From Psammoneis japonica (Eukaryota): a DNA stretch of 64,000 nt. The notes beneath the pieces are model-generated. The model did not search any database. It was not told the origin of the DNA and saw nothing but the letters and a program-made list of their open reading frames with translations. The stretch covers positions 124,001-188,000 of the forward strand of contig QPGO01000128.1 of NCBI GenBank assembly GCA_008632985.1. The letters run 5' to 3'. Shown one piece after another: positions 37,792 to 49,430 of this stretch (the stretch's first letter is position 1; every line of letters begins with the position of its first letter). The translations under genes were made by a program, and so were the position numbers.

Positions 37792-38160
37792 GGTTGTTGC
37801 AGTCCATAGGGAGTAGGTATGCCGCGACATGTTGCGTTTCTCACAATGAGGTTGTGCAAAACGCAAACTCGAAATCTTTGGGTGGACCTCATTTCCGAAA
37901 TATCCATGCGTTAAAAAATCAAATGCACGTTAAATGAAGCATTCGCTGATTAGGAAAGAAATCGTCATACTATATTCAAGCTTGAATAAATGTTAATTAA
38001 AATGGTTTCTGTTGGCGGGAAGTCAATCGAGCCCAAGATTTTTCCATTCACATCACCCATCGAGCGAACTTCATTGAAACAAAACGAAACATCAGATGCG
38101 ATCGTGATGTCATAACAGTCCGCATTGTAAAGAAGAAATCAGCTACATTATACAAACATA

Positions 38161-39572
38161 ATGCCCACTCATGTCCTTATTCGAGTTCCTCCACCGCCGC
38201 AAAGCGAAACTGATACGCCGCGTGCTCGTCGTCCTCGGCTAATCCACAAGAACGATCGTGATGATGCTTTTCAGCATGAGAACCAGCAGATCTCAGAAGA
38301 TGGGGCGGCAGCGGCTGCACAACCCCGATCTCCCATTACCAAGACACCCATTGCAGGCGTGGTTGGATTTCGCTATTCGGTGCGTCATACGAGCAGCAAT
38401 CGATCGTTGCAGCAGCACGTGAGTCGTGATGATATTCGGGGTTCACCACGATTGCAGGGATACCTCTTCATGTTGGTGGCAAGTATTGTCATGCTTGTCT
38501 CGGCCGTCCGCTTTTATATCGATGGTGATGATAAAGATAGTGTTCAAGTCGTACGACGAGAACGTGGGTTAGAAGAAGACGATGAAAACAACGACAATTT
38601 ATTTACTCATACATTTGGTAAGACGATTCCTGGAGACAGAATCGATTCGTGGAAAGACAGTAATTTATTTTTGTGATGCTGGTAGCACTTACTCTTTGGT
38701 GTTTTTTATTATTCCTGCAAGGCTCTCGTGTACTTACATGGAAGTTAGATGGAGCCGTAGTCGTGTCGGCTGCAGCCGTGGGTATCTCAGTCTTTGTCTT
38801 GGTAGTTCACTTTGACTCGGTCTTGCTTCCACAATTCTGGAAAATTGTCTTTCGCGATGGCAGTTACTGGGAACTGGCCCTATTGATTGGATTGCTACTC
38901 TTTTGGATGGGCGCCCTGCACATTTGTACCAGTGCCTTTTCCGTCGGTGAGGTTGCTCCAAACGTCTACTTTACTACATGGATTGCCTTTGCCAGTGCGT
39001 CTGTCAATATTGGTATGTGGAGGAGGGGTGCCGACTTGCCGCTGCTGATCGACATGGTTCGAAACGACAAGCGTGAAACTGTCTATGGGTGGTGTACTGT
39101 CCTGGTCTTTAGTTTGGTGACGGCGTGTTCCATTCTAGAACTCTACGCGAATCGGGATGAATTGGAAATCTTGCTGGAAGGGGTCGTTCAGCAAGTACCG
39201 CAACGCGAATGGAACAAGGCATTGGGAACATCCTTTTCCGCCGTGGGTGTGTCGCTCTTGAATGCTGTTTGCGTGCATTATCTTTCTGACAAGCCCCTGA
39301 GAATTCGTCTTTGTCGAGGCTGGATACTGAACTTGGATTGGAGACAAGTGGAAGGCTTTTGTGTCGTATCCGTTCTGGGCTTGTTTTCGTGGTTTATCTA
39401 TGAGTACACTGGCGTCAATAGCGCTCTCAGTGGTCCATCCAATCCATACTTTGGTTCGTGGGGCGTTTGGTTTTCGTCAGTTCTGACCTTTGGAACGTGG
39501 ATGCGTGAAAACAAACATATTGCGTTTATTCTCCGCAATTCTGAGGATGACACGACAGAAACGGAGAGCTAA
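38161..39572 (+). CDS. multi-pass membrane protein, paralogue B; intron 38618-38721
   Basis: Spliced frame is intact; multiple hydrophobic segments; homologous to 36230-37791. Confidence 0.85.
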
Positions 39573-39843
39573 TAGAGTATTGATCGTATGAGCCTCTACT
39601 TGTTGGCGGGGTGTAAGTATCGACAAGTGCTATCTAGAATGAGTCTATCTGCATCAAAGGCTCTTTCCAAATGCATTGCCTTGAGCTAGAGTACCACCTG
39701 TTCCTGGTGTTGGATAGAGGAGCTATTGAACTACTGCTGATACGGAAGCGTTGAAAATCGGTCCGTTTCATGTATGAGTAGGACGAACAAAGAGTTTGTA
39801 ACGGTGATATCACCAATGGCTAACTTATATCGATAAACCTACA

Positions 39844-41140
39844 TTATTTTCCTCCCTCACCCTTTAGCATGCGCTGTGCCACGGCCGGGGTTAAATACAG
39901 AAGCTTTGAATCGGGAGAAAACATCATTGCCCACATGTGATTGGGCTCTAACGAGGGAACTAATTCAGCTTGAGGCTTATTGCCATCCTCATTGAGATGA
40001 GCCTCGGCGTCTTCGTCTTCACCTTTATGCAACAGGAAACCAGCCATGCCCGCCACAAGCGTGGCTGCATCTGAAATGTTGCTCCAAGCCAAGCTGACTT
40101 TCATCGGGACTTGGTTCCAAACACTCAGCTGCTTCTTGACATAGTCTGACAAACCACTAAAATCGAAACCATTTTCCAAATCCTCTGCCAGAATCTTCTG
40201 CCTGCCCGTCAGGAAAGGGATCAACCACCCGTTGCAGGCCTTTGCTTCCATTGGCTTGCCCGGAAAGCTGCCTCCACCACCCACACATTTTGCACCGGTG
40301 GTGTCCATGAGGATGTTGATCCAGAACTTTGCCACCGCGGGATCATCAGGATTCTTCCTGGCATTCGCCAGATTTGCAAAGACATCCGAGACAGTTTTCC
40401 AAAAATTCGGTCCAAGGCCTGCTTCGGTTTGTATGGGGTTCAAGATCTGGCGGACTCACTCCAGTTTGGTTGACAGACTCTCCCAATCCGCAACACTTCC
40501 CGACATTTCTAGCCCACGCAGACCACAACCACAGCAACGCATCTCGTAGGTGAAGAATTCCTGCAGACTTCCCATCAAGTTAATCTGAGATGCAATCTTG
40601 TGCTCAGCACCAGACGTGCCAAAGTCATTCTGCATTTCTTTTGCAAACTCGGGCATTTTTATCTTGTTCCCAATTTCATGGGCAAATGCTTCAAACAAAA
40701 AGTCGCAGTCTGCATCGCACATGATGTGGCAAGGGAGGTTGATGACAGCAAAATTTGTTGTTGGCTTTTCCAGAATCAATGGGGTGCATCTTGTTGGGAA
40801 TGAGAAGATTTGCCAACCGCTCTGATGGCAGCTTTTGCGTGGGGGTGTCTTTTTCCAAAGCTGCTGCCAAAGATGGCTTCAATCACACATCAAGCTTCAA
40901 ATCAACCAGCACATCACAGTTTCCTTTTTTCTTTGCAATCCTGCGGCTTGCTGCTGTGGAGGACAACTCAACTCAACACAACGATTGCCAGTTGGCACTG
41001 GTGCCCTTTGCGGACTTTGGCCCCCATTGGACCCGACCGGCTGGGGTGCAGAACTCCTTGAAGAAAAGTTCCAGACCGGCATCTAAGAAACAAAAACAGA
41101 AGAAGGGTGTTTTGCGATCGTGCTCAACCCGAAGTTGAGG
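39844..41140 (-). pseudogene. DUF4419-like protein gene, partly eroded
   Basis: QINLMGSLQEFFTYEMRCCGCGLRGLEMSGSVADWESLSTKL motif; in-frame TGA at 40456; 5' half reads PCHIMCDADCDF, consistent with Tyr->Cys. Confidence 0.65.
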
Positions 41141-42129
41141 AGCAACACCGTCAGTTGTCCATTTTGTCAAATTGCGACAGGTCCCTGGTGCAGATTGCCA
41201 CAGTGTTGCCGATGGGTTCCAGTCCCAGCTGCCGAATCAAAAAATTTGCGACATCGCAAAATTTGCGACAAATTCCGAATCCCCGCACAATCATCGTGCG
41301 GCGAGTCGAGAAACAACCCTTGTCACCCTCCAAGATCATCTTTGCGACGCGGCCAACATCCTCTGGTGCAATTCAAGGTGCAGGCGTTCTTTCTACTTCG
41401 ATTAAGAAAAGGCACGATGCACGAGAAATGACAAAAAATCCTTATTTTCAAAGGAAATTGCCTTCTCGTGACAGCAACTCATGCCGACGCATCGCAAGAT
41501 TTCAACAAAAAATGACCTTTTTGGATGATTGCACCGCCTTTCCTCACAAACAAAACGTCGTGTGGCTCTTCATAATGATGACAATCTGATTGGTTTGTTA
41601 TTTCATGTCACTTGCAGACCTTCGGTTGTCGAAACAGTGGCATTTGCTCATTTGAAGCGAAAAATGAAGCACTCAGAGACCTCGCACGTGCTTTCATCGT
41701 GAAAAAATTCGAGCCATTTGTTTTTATGAATTAATTTGCGATTCGCAAATTTTGCGTTTCAGCAGCCAGGTGGGACTTTTTGTGACATTTGCCCCGTAGA
41801 ATTCTGCGTGCGAGCTCTGCAGTTCGTACTGTGGTCAATGAACACACTCATCTTCGACACAAAATGAACGGCCAAGTTTGCAGTGCATGTGTCTCTGTTC
41901 GTACTCGCAGTTTTGGACAATGCGCCTGCCCTGCGCCATTCTTAAGACACTCGAGAATGGCGCAGAAGAAAAAAACATTAAAAGTTGTTGAATGGATCAC
42001 CTGACAATTGCACTGTAAAATGATGCAAAATTTCGCCAAAATCACGTAGAAATGTGCGTGCGCGACATGCGACGTGATTCAAAAAACTGTCAATGTCACA
42101 GTTCAGTGGCACCATGCGAGGTCCCACCT

Positions 42130-45100
42130 AGACCTGGAACACGTCCGCCGGTGAAGCCGTCGGTTTTCCAGACATGTCAAGTGGGTCCCTGGTGCAGCTG
42201 ATGAAATGGAGAGTTGCCAATCTGCCACGATTGTCAGGAGTCAGAATGCTCCTGTGCTTGTGCCTCAACCTCCTGTTCCTGAGAAATGCAACGACGTTTG
42301 GAGGGAGGTCTTACATCGTCATTGCAATTGTTTGTCGGATCAAATTCCTGAATCCTGGGTTGACTGTTGACCCATCTGCGCAGAGCCGCTCGTTCGTCCT
42401 GGAGTTGCACACCGACCCCAAGTTTGCGGGACAGCCGTTCTCGGGCTGCCACAATGTTTGCCAGCCAAGAGCGTTTGAAAGAGGTGGACTGAGAGAGCAG
42501 GGAGACAACGTGACCGCAGAAATGACAGGCAAATTCCCCTGGGAGTCCCTCTCAGCCTCGCTGAAAATGGCGGCGAATCCATGAGTCTAGCTTGTCTCTG
42601 GCTGGCTGGCTTGCTAATTTGAGGATGAGCGGCAGCATTTCTGTGTTCCCACAACCGTTGCGTTGTTCCAACAAGTTGGTGGACCCATCTTCTGACCCAT
42701 TTCGAACCCAATTTTCTAGAGCCTCGGAGCCGAAAATGTTCCTGTTGTAAAAGAGCCCACTCCTTTGCCACACAGCCTTCCAGAAGTCTGTCCCAGCCAA
42801 TGATGCACTGTGACTCAACTGCCTGATGAAGGATTGGGCTAGCGCGAGGGTCGAGGCGGATGTTGATGTGTTGATGACTGCGCCAGGCGGTGAGATGTTC
42901 CTGGATGGTGCTCGCCAGGCCAAAAGCCGCATCGTTGTGATCCACCCAGCGGACATGTTTGCGCAAGAGCGACCTCAACTTGTCCGCAGCCTCTGAGCAG
43001 GTGACAACGTGCGCAGTGTCTTCGTTGTCAGCATCACACCGGGGGCATCGCAAATGATCCTGAACCTTCCAGCGTTTCAGCCATTTGCCCACTCCACACA
43101 TTCCTGCCACGTGTTTGGCCATCCACCGTCATTTGCCGATGCCAAGATTCTTGGCGACTGTCTCGATGACGTCCCAATCGATCCTGCGGAAGCCCTCATT
43201 CGCAAAGCATCGTTTTTGTTCGATCCAGCATTTTGCCAGCCGTGTGCCGTGAACATGATGATGCAGCCGCTCACCAAGCTTTGTCGAGATCTTGTGTCCT
43301 CCAATGAAAACACCCCACATTTCATCTTCGATGTCAAACTGTCGTGGAAGCCTTTCCTGAGGGTCCAGTTGAGCTTCATGTTGCCATCGTGCTTTAGCCA
43401 GGTTGTCCATCTCAACATTCAATCTTGCCCATCTGTCGAGTCTTCTGCATCGTAGAGTGTCTTGATGTCCTTTGACCCACCGGAATTTCCACCGCAGTGG
43501 GCTCTTGGCAATTTTTTCCTTGATGGCGCTTAAAATGTCAAAGTCGTTGGACCGGGCAGTGATGGGAAGAGTGGGGTCCGACGATTTCCGTGGGGCTTGT
43601 TTGCCATCACAGGCGATTTCAATTGCTCCTTGTTGAACATTGTGATGCAGACAGATGTCTTCAACCGTGCAGACAATGCTGTGGAGACCTGCTGTCTCCG
43701 CTTGGCAGGAATTGGCATCACCAGGGTGACCTGGCAAAATGTTGGCACCCGTCACTGGGTGAGTTTCTCGTTCCCCTCGGACAGTGAATGCCGATGTTGC
43801 AAGATTGTCTTTGGCTGACCCATCACTGACCGCAATGGCTGCGCCTGACTCGGTGGCATTGGCAACATGCAGTCCATCATCATCGACAGTGACTTTGTCG
43901 TTTGCCCACTGTCGGGCCGGAGGTCGTTGACGGAGTCGCTGAAGAAGATTGATCGGACCTGGAGCTTCCTGTCTGGGTCTCGTGCTGGTGGACCCCGAGT
44001 GACAAATTCCCCATCTGTCCTTGCCTTTGCAGCATGCGCGAGTGCGTTGAATGTCGTTGGGCGGTTCGGTCAGTCCAGACGGAACAAACCGGCAATGATG
44101 ATTCCTCGTTTGCCTGCTGCTCGACAACCTGAATGAGTGCCACAGGTTGTTCTGACCCCATTGACACAGACGCTGTTCCGACAGAGAATGGAGCCACTGC
44201 CAGTGGGAATCGTCAACTCCAGCATCGGGAAGCCAGTTCCCTGAGGATTGGTGTGATCGCCTTGCATGGACACTGGTTGCCCATGTAAAGCAGTGCCTCA
44301 GAGCAGTGCGCCACGTTGTCCAATCTGTGGCCTTCGGACATTGTTGCGGGGGCCATTTGCATTGTGGCCAAAAAAAGGTGTCCTTCTTTCCATTCCACAT
44401 GTCACAAAGAATTTCACACCCGTTGCCAGTTGAGATGTCAGCAAGTGTTGCGACATTCAGGAAGGCACGGCACCGATTGAGAGCCTGCAGCTTGGCCCCC
44501 CTGAAGCCTTCATCTGCAAATCTTTCCATGAGAAACGCGTCATTCTCACGTGAGAGAGTCAGCGACGGTGCATCCTCGTTGTTGCTGATGTTGTGGCTGG
44601 ACAGACATGTCTGCAGATGCTTGACCCATGACTTGGCAGCCAGGCATCCAATTGTTTGTGACATGAGCTCGCAAGGAAGGAGCTTCCGATTCCGATTTCC
44701 AGCTTGTGTTTCTCCACGAGTGCTCGGAGAAGTTGTCCCGTGATCGTGTCTGCTTTTCCGTGTTTGACAAATGCCTCGACGTGTTTCCTGTACATGGTGG
44801 AGGCAATCCATTCGAATCCGAGGCCTTGCAGTCGGATCGGAACCGCGCACAACAGCACGGGGAAAGGAGCTGCACAGACCCAATCTCGGAAGGCCTTGTT
44901 TGAGAAGTGGTGCTTCGACACATCTGCATTCTTTCGACGACAGAGTGAGGGCAAGGAGAGGGCAGTTGAGTGCCTTGCAGACTCTTTGAGTCAGGGCAAG
45001 CCACGCATCAGCCTTAGAAAGATGACCCGATCGAGCCCGATCCGCCCAACCTTCAGCGTGTTTCCGGAGTTCTTCCACCGCAGTCCTGCAGTTTCCATCG

Positions 45101-45360
45101 GGGGCCAACCACACTCCTGGAGTTTTCTTGGTGATGGAAGGCGAAAGTCGTTCAATCAGGTGTCTTGTTCCCTCGTCATCCTCTGCGCACATCTGTGGGT
45201 CATCCTGATCATCGGGGTTGCTCTCCTTGTGAACGCACTCCCATCTGCCATTGGTCCATTTGAACTCTGTTAAATGCCACCAGCATTTGTCCGGGCGGGT
45301 GTCGCCTCCCGCAACTCTCATGAAAAGAGTCCGTGTGACTCTACGCCAGACTGGCACTCA
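42130..45360 (-). mobile_element. non-LTR retrotransposon (LINE) ORF2 3' part with RNase H and Cys/His knuckle
   Basis: GGDTRPDKCWWHL.EFKW.NGRW, AIAVSDGSAK, IEIACDG, FRWVKGHQD, LNVEMDNLAK, CPRCDADNEDTAHVVTC; no Tyr in the 742 aa ORF. Confidence 0.88.
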
Positions 45361-45364
45361 CAGA

Positions 45365-48300
45365 CGACTTTGGTCCTGTGGCGCCAAATGGATGTGTGAT
45401 GTCCGACGCATGATTGCGACCAGTGCATTGGACATGGGAGGATGAGTCCCAGAAGAGGAGGTGACAGGTTCAACACCCGACATCTCTTCCCTCTCTCTCT
45501 TTGATTGGCATCAACCTGTGCATTGCCACATGCCTGTGGCAGAGTTCCCACACGAAAAGAAGTGCATTGGCCGTTGGCTCGGCGCAGCTGACAACTGCAC
45601 TGACAACATGGCATTCATCATTTTGCCCGAATCAGGCAAACCCATCATTCGGAAGGATGTGTGGGCCACACCGGAGGATGACCTTAAAACTCCGGCGATC
45701 CAGACGGATCTTGCATCGGTCGATCAAGCTTTGATCAAACGGCTCAGCATCCCGGAAAAGGGTGCCAGTGCTGACTTCCCTGAACTCCCTGACGACTTCA
45801 TGGACGAATGGGACGATGCCGTTGAACCCGTGGAACCCGACGCTTCCAAACTGGAAGCTGATGAGCACACCCCGGAAGGGCTAGATGAATGTCTCACAGC
45901 TCAAGTCATGTTGCCACGAGGAGGCGAGCTGACTCATGCCAGGGTCATTGCACGCAAGTGAGACAGCGACGGGGTGCCTGTTGGCACTGGGAACGACAAC
46001 CCTGTCCTAGACTCGAGGACATGCGATGTGGAATTCCCTGACGGATCCACCGATTCCTTTGCTGCCAACGTAATTGCAGAGAACCTGTTCACTCAGATCG
46101 ACTCTGAAGGGAATGCCTGCCAGATCATGAAGGAAATGGTTGATCACCAACGTGATGCCCATGCCGCAATGGCCAATGATGGGCACACAACGACTGAGAC
46201 TGGCAGGCGTGCTCCCAGGAGGACGACCGCAGGCTGGGACCTGCAAGTCAAATGGAAGGATGGGGCTGCATCCTGGGTTCCTCTCAAGGATTTGAAGGAG
46301 TCCAATCCAGTCAAGATTGCTGAGTGCGCTGCAGCGAACAAAGCAGTTGGTGAACCAGCCTTTGACTGGTGGGTCCGAGACGTCTTGCGTCGCAGGTCAA
46401 GGATCCTGAAGAAAGTCAAGTCACGTTGCTGGAAACGTGCGCACAAGTTCGGAATTGAACTCCCAAAATCTGTTGAGGAAGCCATGGAGATAGACAACAG
46501 AACGGGGACCGACTTCTGGTTCAAGGCCATTGAGAAGGAAATGCGTGACGTCATGCCTGCGTTCGAATTCCGCGATGACGACACTGTGCCGGTCGGGTGC
46601 AAACACATTGATTGTCATGTGATCTTTGACATCAAGAGCACCCTCCAACGTAAAGCGAGGTTCGTGGCCGGAGGCCATCAAACCGATCCACCCAAGGAAT
46701 CGACACATTCCAGCGTGGTGTCGCGTGACAGCGTTAGGATGGCATTCACTGCAGCAGCTCTGAATGACCTGGAGGTCCTGAGTGCTGACGTTCAGAATGC
46801 CTGCTTGAACGCACACACCAAGGAAAAGTGTTGCACCACTGCTGGCCTGGAATTTGGGAAGCAGAACGAGGGAAGGCCGGTGATCATTGTCCGTGCCTTG
46901 TGTGGTCTCAAGTCTTCAGGTGCAAGATTTAGGGAACATGTGGCAGCCACTCTGCGGGACGCTGGGTTCGAGTCTTGCAAGGCTGACCCGGATGTCTGGA
47001 TGTGGGCTGTGGTTAAGCCGGATGGCTTCAAGTGCTGGGAACATGCACTTGTCTGTGTGGACGACTTGTTGTGCGTCTCCCATGAACCTCAGAAGGTCAT
47101 GGATTGTGTGAGCTCCAGGTGCACGCTCAAGGACGGAAGTGTCTGCGAACCGGAAGAGCACTTGGGCGCCCAGATCAGAAAGTGCCAGCTGTCTGACTCG
47201 GATGGCAAGACACGCTGGGCCATGTCCTCTGACCTTCATGTCAAAAAGGGCATCAGCTGATGTTGAATTGGAGCTTAAGAAAACTGACAGGCATCTTCCG
47301 ACGAAGGCGTTGACGCCCTTGAGCTCGGGACATGGGCCTGAACTGGACGGTTCACCTGAGTTGAATGCCAAAACGGCTAACTGCTGTCAAGGCCTTGTTG
47401 GTGTGCTGCGGTGGGCAGTTGAACTGGGGCGAGTGGACATTTTTGTCGCTGTCTCGCTCATGTCCTCCTGCTTGGTGGCACCACGAGTTGGACACCTGGA
47501 CGAGGTGCTCCATGTCTTTGCATGCTTGAAGGCTCGCTCCAAGTCTGCGCCAGTGTTCGACGACACTGAGCCCGTCTTTGACGGGAGTCACTTTGCCAAG
47601 TGTGATTGGGAAGAATGTTGCCCTGGCATGGCTGAACCAATGCCGCCGAATGTGCCGGAGGCACGCGGGAACAGCGTGACCACCACTTGCTTTGTCGATG
47701 CTGATCACGCCGGATGCCGTGTGACGCGCAGGTCCCACACTGGGATCCTGACATTTGTCCAATGAGCGCCCATCTTGCATTGCTCTAAGCGGCAGAATGC
47801 CGCAGAGTCCTCTGCTTTTGGGTCGGAGTTCGTGGCCATGAAGACTGCAGTGGAGCAAATCGAAGCCTTGCGTTGCAAGCTTCGGATGCTCGGAATCCCC
47901 CCATGGATGGGGCCACTGACGTTTTCTGCGACAATGAAGCTGTCTTCAAGAACTCAACTAAACCGGAGTCCACTTTGAAGAAGAAGCATGATGCAATTGC
48001 CTGTCACAGGACTCGTGAGGCACAAGCCGCTGGAACAGTGCGCATTGCTTGGGAAGACGGATGCACGAATCTGGCGGACGTGCCAACCAAGTTGTTGCCT
48101 GGACCGAAGCTCCGGGAAATCACAAGTCATGTCCTGTGGTGAGTCCCAAAAGGGGACAAACCAAACGGGTTTGCCGCGCAGGTGCGGCTTTTCCCACCCC
48201 CAAAACACAACTGCCACCCTGGAATGGGGCAGCATCAGGTTGCATTTGTCTGTCGATCTGACCCAAGCGGAGCCAGTGTCAGTTCGAGGGGACTGAATAA

Positions 48301-48400
48301 ATGCTGATGTGCTGTCACGAATGTGGGCAGTTTATGCACTGTTGGCAATTGGTCCACTGTCACTTGATCAGTGGCCCCAGCAGCGCAACATCTCACAATT
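45365..48400 (+). mobile_element. Ty1/copia (CoDi-like) LTR retrotransposon, 5'-truncated: integrase tail, RT, RNase H, PPT and start of 3' LTR
   Basis: TGSTPDIS, RKARFVAGGH, SSVVSRDSVR, DVQNACLNA, ALCGLKSSGA, VCVDDLL (YVDD), FVDADHAG..TRRSHTG, FCDNEAV, NLAD..TK; gaggggac then TG at 48294. Confidence 0.93.
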
Positions 48401-48404
48401 CTAG

Positions 48405-49430
48405 AACCTGTTGATGCTGTTCAACACTCTGTCTTGTCTTGCACCCAATTCTTGGCTGTCATGGCAGCATTTGTTCAGATCCATGGTCTCATGCTCACAT
48501 TGCAGTCAGACGGGTGACGCAGATGCGACAGGTGTTCTCTTGCGCACTGCGTCGCTCCTGGTGGAAATTCATGCGATCCATCCAGAACAGCATTGGAGTG
48601 GGGGCCAACTCCAAGAAATTGCACATCATCAATGAGAGGCTCCTGCACAAGAGCGGTGTGATGCGTTTGGTGAAGTCTTGACTTGCAGTCTTGAAGCGCT
48701 GGAGCTTCCATTTCCTCTTTTTCAGCAATCTCTTGATCGGAGCCGTCTGCTTGTTTCTTGAGGAGGCGTGTGAGTGGGGATCGGAGAGGTTTGCCGGAGA
48801 TCCAATTTGCTCTGTGATTCTGCTCCCTAGACTCTTCGCAGTTGATGAGCACTCGCAGTTGTGTTTCAGCATCAGAGTTGTTGGCTCTGGCCAGCTGATC
48901 TGCTCTTTTCTCCAGAAACTTGCGTCGGTGGTCGGGAGCGTCTTTGGCGATTGCTCGACATTCTTCACAGCGTTGTGATGGATCTGCCTCTAACTGGACA
49001 AGAGTGAGGTTGTGCACTTCAAAGTCTCTTGATTTTCTTTCCAGACGGCACATTTTCCGAGAACTGATCGTGAGGCGTTTCCATCGGCGAATTAAAGCGT
49101 GGTGCAATTCGATGCGTTTGGACGCTCGTTTGAGCTTGGGAGACCAGGACTTGCCTCCCATGCGAAGCTTTCTGCATTTCTTGTCGGCAAGCCACATGCC
49201 TTGAACTCGGAGTTTGTCAATTCTCTCCCATTCATCGGTGAGTTTGGGTTGCGGGGGACAAGTGGCCTGCTTTTCATTTCGAATGCTCCTGCTGGGAAGA
49301 TTGTGTGCTGGTGCATGGTCTTTGCGGATTTTGTTGAATCTGCTCACTGTGACTGGATCATCAAGTTTGAGTCTCCGAGTGGGATGCCTTTCGAGTTCCG
49401 GAGGAAGAGTGCCAAAAGCGGTCTGATGCT
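48405..49430 (-). mobile_element. LINE ORF2 upstream part (endonuclease-RT linker)
   Basis: RRLKLDDP, ADKKCRKLRMGGKSWSPKL, same strand as 42130-45360. Confidence 0.75.

Noticed and set aside
45365..48290. Alternative genetic code or RNA editing restoring Tyr
   Set aside because: Neighbouring genes use TAY normally; the changes occur on both strands and in non-coding DNA, and the element also has stops and frameshifts
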